From positions 96,102,001 to 96,166,000 of the forward strand of contig NC_087436.1 in the NCBI RefSeq assembly GCF_036321535.1: a stretch of DNA of 64,000 nucleotides, in the 5' to 3' direction. Within the stretch, counting starts at the first letter, position 1. Each line of letters opens with the position of its first letter. The translations under genes and the position numbers were made by a program. This DNA comes from Camelus dromedarius. Its lineage: Eukaryota. The notes beneath the pieces were generated by a model. It searched no databases and had not been told where the DNA came from. It saw nothing but the letters and a program-made list of their open reading frames with translations. Below, piece after piece: positions 12,734 to 25,700 of the stretch.

Positions 12734-14334
12734 TGTCAGCGAATCTTGGGGCAGGGATTGGGGTGGGGGGAGTAGCAGCATTGGAATTAGGGACCTGGGT
12801 TGGGTCTGACCCTACACTTATGGGTCACCTCTTCTCGGGTAAGTTAACAACCACTCTGACCTCACATTCCATCATCTGTAAAATGGAGATAACTGTTGTA
12901 CCAATGTCATTGGGTTATTATGAAGAATACAGAATACCCCAGGCATCAAAAGACCTCTGTGAACAATGAGGATTAAAGGAAACCTGGTTAGGCTGGTTTG
13001 GGGCTCCTGCTAAGTTCTGTTTTTGTATTACCAGTTTTTAGTTATGGTTATTGAGCATCATAGTCCTTCCTAATTAATTACAGGTAACTGTATTTCTAGA
13101 TAATCAAGGAGCATTTATTTAAGGCTTGCTGTGTGCTGGGTCTGGTCCTGGAGCTGGGCCTTCCCAGATCCTCACTGTGGAAGACTCAGGGAGTGGGAGA
13201 CTCAAACACAAGGCCTTGTGCTGGAGAGCAGGAGAGTCCTGGAGAAGAAGCAAAGCCTGCTCACTCTGGGGGCTCCTTGATGCCAGTGGGAGATCAGGGA
13301 AGGTTCACAGAAGTGCCCTCTGAACTGGGCATGCACCAGCCAGAGATGAGAGGCAGGGGCTGCTTGTAGGTGGAGATAGTCCAGTACAGAAGGCCCCTGA
13401 GTGAAAGTGTGGGATGCCCCTGGGAAGGTTCAGTCTGGGGAGGCCAGGGGCCACCCTGTGGACAGTAGCAAGAAGGGCCGGGGAGGCATGTTGGGTCCGA
13501 GTGACCTGGCGAGGAGTTTGGACCTTTTTCTGCTTCCTCTGTGGGTGGTGCACCCAGCACATCCAGCTATTTAATATGTGTTTGTCACACTGGCCATGTT
13601 AGATGTGCGTATTAGTGGGGTGACTTGGTGCAGGAAGCTCAGGTGCTGTAGTTCGTAGAGACCTACGAGATGAGATTTCCGCCCCCCTTCCAGCCCTGAC
13701 CACAGACACCCCGCATTAGGACCATGTCATCTCATTCATCTCAGGGCATCCTCTAGTCCCTGTCACTGGATTTTGTGCACAGCGGGTATTTGATCGATGT
13801 TTGTCAAATGAATGTTGTTAAACTTTCAAATTCAACCTCTTAGTATGCAGTGTTAATTTAACACTGTTTTACCCTAGAAAGCTGCTGCTATGTGTTTTTA
13901 TTTTAACAACATGTAAAGAGCATCCCTAACAAACAGCAGAAAACTTACGGCTGTCAGCGATGTTTGAGACCGTCACTTCGATCAGGTGTGCTTTGTTTGA
14001 AGTGGACGAGTGGGCCGAGTATCAGCAGCATAAAGGCTAGATTAGGCTGTTGTAGGACCTCCGTGTGCCTGCGGGGCTCCTGGCCAGTCTCGAGGGTTGG
14101 GCTCCGCTGCGATGTGCTGTCCCAGCAACAGCCCCTCCCCACATCAGAGGGCTGATTCCTGGCCAGGGGGCCCCATCCGGTCTTAGTTCCTCTTTTTCTA
14201 GTGGACCTGAGCCTCGACATGTGCCTTTGGAAGCAGCCAGCATCTGACCTGCATACTTCTGCATTTTACATTTTGCACGGTCTGGCTGGGGTTCCTTCCA
14301 GGTTATTAAAGCACTCTCCCCTGTTTCTGAAGCA

Positions 14335-14575
14335 CTATGGCCTGATGGTTAAGAGCAAGGTTTCTAGATTTAGTCTGTCTAGATTTGGATTTCAGATCCA
14401 TCACTTACTAGCTGTGTGGCTAATACACTTAATAGCTTGGGCAATTTACTTAACTGCTCTGAGGCTCAGCGTCCTCATTTTTAAAATGAGGAAATTAGTA
14501 ATACCTACCTCATAAGATTTTGTAAAGATGAACTGAGTTAACGTATATCAAATGCTTAGTCTGCTGCGTGTTAGT
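14335..14575 (+). mobile_element. MIR SINE
   Basis: tggttaagagca...cacttactagctgtgtg...gctcagcgtcctcatttttaaaatgagg...atacctacctcataag. Confidence 0.8.
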
Positions 14576-14622
14576 TATTTTTATTATTACTATTATCGAC
14601 ATCTCTTTTGAGCATCACTTTT

Positions 14623-14812
14623 TTTTCAACATTTTAAAAATTGAGTTGTAGTCATTTTACAATGTGTCAAATTCCAGTGTAGAGCACAATTTTTCAGTTA
14701 TACATGAACATACATATATTCATTGTCACATTTTTTTTCACTGTGAGCTACCACAAGATCTTGTATGTGTTTCCCTGTACAGTACAGTATAATCTTGTTT
14801 ATCTATTCTACA
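14623..14812 (-). mobile_element. Young L1 3'UTR fragment, close paralogue of 12056-12316
   Basis: Perfect 14-bp TSD tgagcatcactttt (14609-14622, 14813-14826); shares aattccagtgtagagcacaatttttcagttatac. Confidence 0.9.
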
Positions 14813-15373
14813 TGAGCATCACTTTTGATATCTTGACCTAAAAGCTTTCTTCCTTTGACATAATGGTCGGATTGGATCAAATATTTTATCTTAAGTCATC
14901 CGATAATTAGATTAGAATTTAAGTTTTTCTCTCCTCCAGGGCACGTGTGTTCAGGGCATCTCTTTGCTTAGAGATCTAGTTAGGCACTTGGATATGTGTG
15001 AGAAATTAGTTTGCATGAAATTAGATTGAGAAATTATCATGGGAAGGGAGCTAGGCCATTTAGAAAGAAACCTAATACTTTAAGGACAAACAATGCATCA
15101 TCATTAGAAGCAGTGGTTTATTTCCAGCCAGTTAATTCCTTACTAGAAGTGATAAATCACGTTATTACTGTTTAAAATGGCTGTCATCGTATAGTCACGA
15201 GAGCTGAATACCTGCTGCTGAAGATGGATTCACAAAGCCCATTTGTATAATTGGAAGAGAAACCTTTTCTCTTGATTTAAACCTGCTTCTTACATTGCAG
15301 AGGGAGAGATTGCCGTGGCTGGTATTTCTTCTAAGTATCCAGTTCTACCTTTCCCTTTTTCTTCCCACCTCAG

Positions 15374-15610
15374 CCCCGTGACCCCCAGCACTCCTGGGAG
15401 CCCGCCTGTGAGCCCCGGGCCTTTGTCGCCAGGGGCCACCCCAGGGAAGCACGTCTGCGGGCACCATCTGCACACAGTGGGCGGTGTTGTTGAGCGGGAC
15501 GTGTGTCATCGGTGTAGGCACAAGCGGTGGCACTTCATAAAACCCACCAACAAGTCCAAAGAGGGCCGCTCAAGGCGCCAAGGAGAGGTCACCGTCCTCT
15601 CTGTGGGCAG
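15374..15610 (+). CDS. RELL1: RELL1 coding exon 5 (Pro/Ser/Thr-rich and Cys/His-rich cytoplasmic region)
   Basis: cttcccacctcag|C acceptor, GGCAG|gtgagt donor; PVTPSTPGSPPVSPGPLSPGATPGKHVCGHHLHTVGGVVERDVCHRCRHKRWHFIKPTNKSKEGRSRRQGEVTVLSVG(R); 237 nt. Confidence 0.97.
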
Positions 15611-15849
15611 GTGAGTCCTGGGGGCGCTTTGGGTTTGTGTGGCGTGGTTGCTGTGCTGTGTGGATTTGCGCTCACCTGTTAAATGTAGAGTATGTTCTCC
15701 TGAACCTGGCTCAGGTCCTGTCTCTGGGCTTCTTTGATGTTTTGTGGTCGGAGTCCTGCATTTTTCTAATAGCAGAAGAATTCTAAGAGGTGGCTGTTGC
15801 AAGATCAAATGTGAGATGTATTAATTAAGGTAACAAATTAATTACTTGC

Positions 15850-16371
15850 TGAATTGAGGTTCTCCAAAGAGGCAGAATCAATAAGATGTATATATACACA
15901 CACACATACACACATAAAAGAGGAGATTTATCATAAGAATTGGCCCACACGATTATAGAGGACAAAGAGTCCCACAATCTTCTGTCTGTGAGCTGGAGAC
16001 CCAGGAGAGCTGGTGGTGTCATTCAGTGTAAGTTCCAAGGACTGAGAACCACGGGAGCTGATAGTGTAAGTCCCGGTCCCAGTCTGAAGGCCCTGGAACC
16101 AGGAATGCTCATATCTGATGTCAAAAGAAGAAGAATGTCTCAGCTGAAGCAAAAAGAGCGGATTCAGTCTTCTGCCTTTTTGTTCTATTCAGGCTCTCAA
16201 GGGATTGGTTGATGCCCACCTGCATTGGTGAGTGTGATCATCTTTATTCAGTCTGTTGATTCAAATGCTAATCTCTTCTGGAAACACCCTCCCATACTCA
16301 GAACTAATGTTCGACCAGCTCTCTGGGCAGCCCTTAGCCCAGTCATGTTGACACATAAAATTAACCATCAC
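15850..16371 (-). mobile_element. ERVL solo LTR (MLT2-type)
   Basis: Ends gttgacacataaaattaaccatcaca, the reverse complement of the MLT2 start TGTGATGGTTAATTTTATGTGTCAAC; internal gctggagacccaggagagctggtgg. Confidence 0.85.
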
Positions 16372-18392
16372 ACTTGCTCTGATAGATAAAGCCCAAATCT
16401 CAACTCTATACAGAATACAAGTTTATATTTCGCTTGTGGGAATCAAAAGATCAGTGATGGATCTTCAAGCAGTCGTCCTGAGCCCCAGGTCCTTTCGATC
16501 TTGCGGCTCTGCCAGGTTTGCTGGAGGAGAAAGTATGCAGAGGATTGGTCATGAGAGATTTTTAATGAGATGGGCCTGAAGTGGCAGATTCATTCTTGTG
16601 CACATTCCTCTGGCGGGAACTCAATCCCTCGGCCACACTTAATGGCCAGGAGAGATGAAGGGGAGAGAGGGAGCTGGTCGCTGCTCTCCAGTCCCTGCCC
16701 TGTAAGAGCCACGTGGACTCCTGGGACTGCTTTCCTGTAGTTCACCTCCCCTGTGTCCTGGGTTTCCCAGTCCTAAAGTACCATTTACTGGTGACCATAT
16801 GTGATGTGGAGATCTTGCAGTTCAAGTGATGAATCAGTAGGACGATAGGCAGAGCATTTTTGCTTCGATTTTGAGCCTCTTGCAGGAGCTGCCTGGCTCA
16901 TGCTACAGGTGGAGAGTAATGGTCAGGAGTATGCGTGCTGGGGCCTGGCTGGGGAAGCCCTGAGCAGCAGTTGTCAGTGTTGCACACATGATCCTTCCTT
17001 CTCTACTGATGAACTCTGGAAAGAGTCGCCGGACTCACTGAATCTCCATTTGAGTCCTGGCACCACTGCTTACAAACTGTTACTTCTCTCTGCCTCAGTT
17101 TCCCCCTCTATAAAAAGGGGATGACAGTAACACTCACCACATCGGGTTGCTGTGAAGACTGAATAAGGTGACTCACGTAAACTTCTTAGGTCAGTTTTGG
17201 TGCTTATTACGCACTCACGAAATGTTGGCTGTTGTTAGTGTTGATGTGATTTGAATTCAGTTGCGTTTCATCATGTGTTGCACAAGCACAAGGAGAAGAC
17301 TGCAGGGCTGTTTGCCATGTCGAGCAAAGCTGTACAACTCATGACCAGACTATTTTATTAAGGAGCAGAGTCACGGGAACGTATGAATGTAGAGTGGGGT
17401 GAGGGCCTGTAACTTGTTTGGACAAAGTGTATTTTGTTTGCTTTTTAAAAAATCTGCTGAAATTTTCAACTCGGATTCAACGTGGCATTTTTAAATGCCC
17501 CCAATCCAACTCTCTGTCTCGGAGGTAAACACTATGGCTGTTGAATGATTACAGGCTGTTTTTCAGCGTGTGCTTAAAGAGAGTCTTGCAGTTTGACCGA
17601 ATAGATTTGTGGTGACAACTTTCCCCTGATACATCCTTTCACTCCCTCAGAGTCTCCCTCCTCCTTCTGGTGTGTGACACAGAAGGAGGATTTGTTTTAG
17701 ATCATTTAAGGGAAATTAAGAACCACGGAGAAACTGTTAGGAAAGACTTCCGGGAATTGATATGATGGAGTAGAAAAGCAGTCAATCGAGTACATTTTTT
17801 ACTTCTCTCTTAATCCTTAAGGAATGTCTCAAATTCCTTAACTTTTTCCTAATCCTTATTGAAAATTAACCCATCGCTTAAAAAAAAAAACAGACAAAAC
17901 CCAAATAAACACAAAAACCTGCCACTGATCTGTATGATGCTGTTAAATGTGTGGTTGGGGCCGGGTGGGTGGAGGCAGGACTCTCTGACAGGGGGATCTG
18001 AGGAAGGCAGTTCTCTAGTGAACATCTGATTTGCAGGCCAGCATGCCTTCTATCCAGCCTTCTGTGGTTCAAACAGCTGATGTTAAGCCCAGGTCCTCGT
18101 TAGCTCTGAGGCTGTTTAATGCTTGAGTGCCGTGTTTCTGAACGGTGTTCCCATGCTCTGTAAACTATGCAGCAGTCTGACGTGCTGAGTGAACGTCGTC
18201 TGGGGAGTCTGGTGGGGGACAGGGGCTTTGCTGCATGGGAATGTCCCTCCTGTTGAACGTGGTGATTTTCATTGCTGTCCTAACTTTTGGCTGAGTTCAT
18301 GTGGGATCCTCTAGTTGGATGATTTTGGGTTCATTCATAATTTTTGTTTAGTGGAAAAGCAAAACTCATCAGATCTCCTCTTCTTCCCTCAG

Positions 18393-18528
18393 GTTTAGAG
18401 TTACAAAAGTGGAGCACAAGTCAAATCAGAAGGAGCGGAGAAGTTTGATGTCGGTCAGTGGGCCCGAGGGTGTCAATGGGGAGGTGCCTGTGACACCTGT
18501 GAAGAAAGAGCAAAGTGACACAGAATAG
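18393..18528 (+). CDS. RELL1: RELL1 last coding exon 6 (exon extends to 18531)
   Basis: ttcttccctcag|G acceptor; (R)FRVTKVEHKSNQKERRSLMSVSGPEGVNGEVPVTPVKKEQSDTE, TAG at 18526-18528, then CAG|gtaagt donor. Confidence 0.97.
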
Positions 18529-20294
18529 CAGGTAAGTAGAACTATGGTAACATCAGGGGTGGTGTGGCACTTGGCGAGGGCGAGGTGCCAAGAGCTTCCC
18601 TGGGGTCTGTGGTAACATGGGAGTGACTTGGCAGGGAAATGAGAGATGCTTCCTTGGAGCTGGTAGGACTGTAGGGGCCTGAACGTGATCACTTGTCCGT
18701 CCAGAGCTTAGTGTAAGGAGGCCACCAACACAGGTTCCCCCAGGGGGTTGGCCTGCATGATCATGAGGAGAGAGGATGACTTGCGAGGCAATGTTGAGTG
18801 GTGGGGATTGTGGCAAACTAGTAATCACAGAATCCATCTCTAGGTTTGCATCATTACCACAAGCAGAAGTCACTTAGCAGAAGGCTAGATCTTACGGGGA
18901 AAAAAAAGGTGAAAATCTAGAATTTTTACATGTGAAATCACCTCAAGTTTTTGAATCTTGGCAGCTTATTAAATTTCCTTTTAAAAAATCATGCAAGCTG
19001 AATGAAATATAATCTTATCATCATTTCTAGGTGAACTGTGATTTGAAAAAGGCTGGAACAAGAAAGCAATGCTTTTTTCCTTTCATTGAGTTGGAAACCA
19101 GCTTTCTCTGATGTGCCACTCTTCTAAAATACCCCCAATAGAAATTTTACTCTTTCCACCAAATATTTTGAAGCAATTTAAAAGTGAAAGTAAATGCCTC
19201 TTGGTTTGGTAGTTTTAATTTTGGAAGATATTACTTTAAAAAAAAAGGTTATGATAATTTGAAGCTTTCAGCTTCCTCTTTTCTTTCTGTTCTGGCTTGA
19301 GTCACATTCATTCCTTTCATGTTTCTTATTTGATGTAAAAGGATGAGTGTGAGGACTCAGGAGTGACCAGCTCCAAAGTTTCCAATGGAACCATCAGAGT
19401 CTGAACATTAAGGCAGAAGGAGTTGTACTTATAAAGGGAGGGGGAGGTAGGGTTCTAGAAGGAACAGGGGACTAGCACTGGAATCCCACTGCCAAGTTCA
19501 AGTCCCCGTTCGCCACTGGCTGCACTGGGACCTGGGCGAGGTGCTGGGGCTTTCTGTGCCTGGCTTACTCACCAGGGAGTGGAAATGACACTGCCTGCCT
19601 AGAGGGATGGCAGTGAGATATCAGGAAATAACACGGGAAGGAAGCCCAGGGCCTGGCAGGTGGGAAACGCTCAGTCAGTGCTACTGATGAATTCACTTTT
19701 AGTCAGTGTGGCTGAGGGTGGGGAGAAGTGGCTTTGGCGTGCATCTTCTCGGCTAAGCTGCCCAGGATGGTCTAGCAGTAATCTGGGAGAGGTGCGCTCC
19801 TGGATTCTGGTACATGTAGGGGCTCTGACAGCCTTCCAGTGCTGGTTCTTGCCATCTTGCCTTTGGGAAGATCTGGTCCCTTCCCTTGAGTTGAGGAGCC
19901 CAGACCGAAAAGTCGGTCTTTGGCTTCTCAGCCAGTTACTGGTGCCTTGGGAAGGGAACCAAGAAAAATTCAGAAAAAGAAGAGGGTGATGAAGATAATG
20001 AAAGCAACTAATATCGGTTCAGTATTCTAGTCTTCTGGGCGTTGTACTGATATATGTCTCCCATGTCACCATTATAAACATCTCCTAATGGGGTGAATAC
20101 CATTATCCCAGCTTTATAGATGAGGAAACCAATGCATGGAGAGGGTAAGTTACATGTTCAGGGTCACGTAACTGGAAAGAGGAGCTGATGTGAACTTACA
20201 GCCTCTGACTACAGAACTATCTTCAGTCTCTGCCATCCTGGGATGCTCATGAAGGTGCAGCCCTAGACCCATGAGTGGGGAACATTTCCTCCAA

Positions 20295-20495
20295 TGGTCT
20301 AGAATCTCGTGGTCTAATGTAGCCGCTGGTCACTTCTGGCTGCTTAAATTTAAATGAACTAAAGTGAAAAGTTTAGTTCTGCGGTTGCACTAGTCACGTT
20401 CAAGTGTTCATTTGCCACCGATGACTAGCGTCTGCCATATTGGGCGGCGCAGATACAGAACATTTCCGTCATCATGGAAAGTTTTATTGAACAGA
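20295..20495. mobile_element. MER3-like hAT MITE
   Basis: ttaaatttaaatgaactaaa...cacgttcaagtgttca...agatacagaacatttccgtcatcatggaaagttttattgaacag; paralogue at 63660. Confidence 0.75.
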
Positions 20496-22554
20496 GTAGA
20501 CGGTACCTTTGGCGTTAGCGTTGGAATCCGGGGTGACTTCGGTCAATGAGAGAAATATTCTGATTGAAGTCGTGAGGACTTGTCGGTCTGGGAAGAGAAG
20601 TATCTGGCTATTCGAGTCTAAGGTGAGAAGGCTCAGCCAGTTTCACTGCGGGGAAAGCGTGGGTTGTGCGTGAGGCGTCAGCCTGGCAGCGTGCTGAGAG
20701 ATGGAGCAGGCCGTGTGGGAGAAGACAAGGCTGGCCCTCAGGCAGGGAGCGCGAGGTGACCCTCTGTCAGGCTCAGCCCAATCACAGCCTGGCTGATATG
20801 CCTTGGCTGGTTTTGGCTGCTGCGCCCCGGAGAGAGGCACTCACGACCTGGGAAGGTTAAAAGAATTGGGGTTGTTCAACTAGTTTTCTCAGTCCAAATT
20901 CTGTCTGGATCTGTATTTGACCCAGTCATCTGAAATCCTAATAACCACATCTAGCTGGTTTACAACTTGATATTCTCTGCAAAGCACACAGTCAATGTTT
21001 ATAAAAGAGCATCGGATTTGATGAGGAGACCTGGCCACACATCCGAGCTTCACCACTTGGAAATTGTCCTTAACTGCCCTCGCGCCTGGTTTCCTTGAAT
21101 GTGAAATAGTGTATTAAATTCACTGATGGGAGGCCAATGTCTGGCCTGTGCTTGACTCTCAGTAGTGTTATGCCATCCAAAGCAGTGAGCACACGAGTGA
21201 CCCTAGAAAGGGGATGTGTTTTCTGAGCCTTCAATTGTAATTAATTGTAATTAATGTTGAAGTTAAAAAAAAATTTATTACGGGAAATTTCAAACTGACT
21301 CAAAAGGAAAGAGAATAGTATCACAAATGCCCACGGAGTAGTTTAATTATGATACATGCTGTGTATTGAGCATCTGCCCTGTACCTGGCACGCTTTGGAA
21401 GGCATATTTCATGCAGTGACGGATTTAGTCCTCACAGTTAGGGGCCAGTTTAAGCACAGAGAGATGAAGCTACTTGTGTAGAGTCTCCAGCAAGAATGTG
21501 GTGGCATTTAGAGTCCAAATCAGGCAGCCCGGCTTCTGAAGTCCCAGACTTCACCGCTCCGCTGGGTCCGGGGAAGGCAGGTCCCGTTGGGTGAGCGAGC
21601 CTGCTGGGCTGGGACCTGTGGAGTGATGATGTCTGGTGACCCCAGCAGGGAAGGGACTCTGAGAAAGGAGGGAAGGGCATATTCACTGACACTTAAAAAC
21701 ATTTATGTATTCCTTAAAATTTTTCTTGCTTGAGTTCTTAATATTTCTCATGCCCAGAGTATGTTTGGGCTATTTAATATGATTTTCTAACTAGAGAAAT
21801 CCTGAAATTTTCCCGTCTGGGACCAGGTCTCTGGTTCTGGGCTGAATTGGAAAATGTGCACTGGAATGTAGCTCACACAGCGAGACAGGAGGGTTAAGTC
21901 TCTGTTCTACTAGCTAATACAGTTTTTAGAGTCGTATTTGGATTTTTGGCCATGCTTTTTTACTGGAATGCCTTCTTTTAATGTAGAACTGATTCAACTG
22001 TTCAAGTGCAAATACATGTCTACTCACTGGTTAGGTTTCCTTCTTTTTTTAAAAAAAAATAAACATTTGATACTACAAACTAAGCTTAGGATCTCTCTCT
22101 CTCTCTCCCTCCTTCTCTTTTTAAAAAACAAAATCTGCTGTTTGGCATTTCTTCCCCCCTTTATTCTTTTTTCCCCGTTTCCTTGGCCTGAGTTCTTTTT
22201 TGTAGTTGGATCTAACTTGCCCTCTGCCTGATTTATTTTGGCAATGCTGTTAAAATGGTTTCTTTTTTCCACAGAAAATGTGTTTTGATTTCTTCTTAGA
22301 AGAATAAGCTTTTGTTCTTCAAAGTTAAATAAATCAAATTGCTTTCAGCCTCCAAATGCCACTGCCTTGTCTTCATTATCACTGTTCTTTCGCTTTTTAA
22401 AAACGATGCTGTCGTAAGCGTTCTATAGCGTGTGTTTCTGAAGTGTCTACTTTTCCTAGTTTATGGTATTAAAGTTTACATAACACTATTTTTTATCAAA
22501 ACAAAAATTCATTATATTAGATGTCTCTTTATTTCACTTTTTTTTGAGGTTTGA

Positions 22555-22755
22555 GTTTCCTTTTTTAATTTTTAATTGAAGTATTTGATTTACAATGTGT
22601 TAGTTTCTGGTGCACACATGGTGATTCAGATACACACATATATATTCCTTTTCATATTCTTTTTCATTATAGACTATTACAAGATATTGAATATAGTTCT
22701 CTGTGCTATACAGTAGGACCCATTGTCTATCTATTTTTCATCTAGTAGTATCTGT
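22555..22755 (-). mobile_element. L1 3'UTR fragment
   Basis: ttttaattgaagtatttgatttacaatg...aagatattgaatatagttctctgtgctatacagtaggacc. Confidence 0.85.
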
Positions 22756-25700
22756 TCTTTATTTTAAATTGTTTTATTATTGAAGCTATTAATTCTTATT
22801 TCAGTCATTTAGCGTAGTGATTACAAGCTGAGTTTTAAACTGCTTAGATTTAATTTTAACTGTATCACTAACTACTTATGCTTTCGGCAAGTTAACCCCT
22901 CCAAGCCACAAGTTCTTTGTCTTTAAAATGGGGGCGTTGGACGTCAATGACATAAATGTGTACGTGTATCTCTGAAATCATGCCTTGGCAGAGTTACTAT
23001 TAACTAAGTATTCACTATTATCAATAACTTTCACCCCATTCACAGGGGTCCTGGTTATTTATTAGCCCATTTCTCAAGCATCAGTTTTAGATACTGTGAC
23101 TCCCATTTTACATCTTAAGAACATTAGAGCTTTGGACTCTCTGGACGTCTCAGAAATAGATATTTGGCAAGTCCCTTAGGAATTTGGGCCATTTTCTCGT
23201 TTGTGTTAAGAGGGCCTTAGAAATAGCCATGCCCCTCCCACTGGAGGTGGAACCAGAATTAGTAACAAGGCAATTGGAAAGTTTTGCGACTTAAGTTCTT
23301 TTCATTGTAGAGATCAGAGGAGGGGCTATGCTAAGAGGTGGTGTGGACTGAGATTTCTGCACGTAACCCCGCTGCTGCTCGGCTGGGGCTCTGCCCTGGG
23401 ATGAAAGCGTCCTTTCTGCTGAGACTGTTTCATGGGCCGTGCTCCCTCCCGCCTCGGGACCGTGGCCGGTCACAAGGTCAGCTTTCCTGACCTTCGGAGC
23501 CTTCATTTCCCGAGGAAAGTCAAGCTTTTCTCCTCTTTGCTTTTTATCTCTGGTGACAGGCAGTGCACTGGTGGTCCCCATGGGGACTTTATCTGCGGTC
23601 CTCCGTGTGGTTCTTCTTTTGATAATTCTCCAGGGAAGGAGAAGACGGTGAGAAACTTCAAGTACCATGAGTTATTTTTTTTCTCCATAGCTAATTTTTT
23701 TTCAGGGCAAAACACATATTTTTTTTCTTTTAAAGAGCAAACGATCCCGGATTTGATGGAAACCCCTTAATAGGGTTCACTGGCCTTTATAAATGGAAAC
23801 TGCGCCTCACGTAGGCATGGAGAGGACCACCTGGCTTGATTTTCAGATGCTAAACACATTTCTAAAGAGTAAAAGCGGTCCTTTGCCTGATGCTTGTGTT
23901 GTTCTTATGTGGAAGCCCAGTCCCACTGAGTCCATCTTAAATATGGAATTGGAGGGAGGTTAACCGCTGTCTTCAATCGTTCACTGGCCACACGAAGCAC
24001 AGGTTGTAGATCCAGGCGGATGAGGAAAGAGCTGAGCGAGGGATGGACGTTTAAATGCAACCTGATGTGCTATGGGTGATCCTCCCTTCACTTGACAGAT
24101 GAAGAACCAGGCTCGGGGGTGAGTTTTCCCCAGATCCCTGGGCCAGGTGGGGCGAGGGCTTGGATGGGAAGAAATCAGTACTTTAGAGCTGACATGCTCA
24201 GTGGTTTTGAAATTCAAGGGAGCTTTGTTTACGCCAGCAAAGAATAAAGTCCTCATTTAGTTTAGCCCTGTAACTCACAGCAGTGATTATTTCAATATTT
24301 TCTACATTCCCCAGGCATGGCCTCCTCTGGTCTCTGAAGGGGACCATTGGATGCTGTCTTTTCGATGTTAGAGCTGTGCCTGGATCAGTCCCGGGATCAT
24401 AGACTTTGAGATCTCCGAGGATGTGATGCCTAGATCAGGTCAATTCAAGTACAATTACAGCTTTTAAAAGTATCTAATGGGCCCCTACTTCGTGCCGGGC
24501 CTTGGGGACACAGCAGTGTGGAAAACGGACAGACTAGGGCCATGTTTTCATGGAGCTTCTGTTCTCGTTCTTGTACTAGGTTTTCTCCCCAGGGCCCCTG
24601 GTCTCCTCGTTCTAGAGTGAGGAGGCCCTGGGACGTTATGTCTGTTGTTCAGGGTCATGCAGATGGTTTATTCCAGAGCCTGGACTTGTGCTTTCCACTC
24701 GTTCCATCCCTTCACTCTCTCCAAGGTACTGGATATTACAAATGTTTGACCTTGAACCCTTGTTTAAAAATTGGAAAATAAGACATGCACACAATGCAAT
24801 ATTCAAATGGCATGAAAGGCTGCAGGGTGAAACAGGTCTTTAAAAAAAAGTGAGTCTTCACCGTATCCACACCCCTTCTCCCCCACCACACACATCTCAT
24901 CTCCCAGCACCTTCCCAAGAGGGGACCGTGGCAATCTGTGTCCTCTGTATCCTTTCAGGATTATTCTATGCATATATGTGCTTATACAACATATATATGT
25001 GTCTGCCCCCTCCTTCGCCTTTCACAGACGAGAACTTAGATACTTATCTGTGCCTTGCTGTTTATTGACGTTGATGACTGATAAGTTCCATGGACTAATT
25101 TTACTCTCCCACGTTCATTGAGCCATGAGGAGTGAACATGCTGGACATTTAAGATGTCATTTGTCCTGTTTGTTCTTTGTTGCGGAGAATAGCCCCAGAG
25201 CATTTATGGGCGTAATCTGGGTGTTTTGGAGCGACCTGAAAACATACTTTGCTGTCATCAACTACAGTGTTGTAAGTGATTCTTCCACAGTCTTGTTCTG
25301 TGGTTAGAAGAGACTGAAACATATTTGTCAGTATTCCCAGAATTGAGACAACACGGGGGACCTGAGTGTTCTTGTTTTGTTTTATTTTGATTTGCCACTG
25401 AAGTTGCTGCCTCCTCCCTGCACATATCTCCCTGGGCAGCGTCGACTCCAGGGCCCCTCCTTAGTGTTGACCAGAAGTTGACCCCCGACCCCCTCAGAGA
25501 GCTTATCTCTCCTCCCCTGTGGCCCTGTCCGCACTCCGACAAGGCTTAGGAAAGAGGGCTGTGACATCTGCCCCTTTCAGCACAGAAACTGCAGCACTGG
25601 AGCCTCACGGAGGCTTTTTGGAGGATGTAAAGGCAGACCTGAGGGAGCCCGTGGGAGACAGAAAATGAAATGCTTTTGGACACATTTTTGCCTCGAAAGA

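Noticed and set aside
21233..21256. Short tandem/palindromic aattgtaattaattgtaattaat
   Set aside because: Low-complexity AT duplication with no other support
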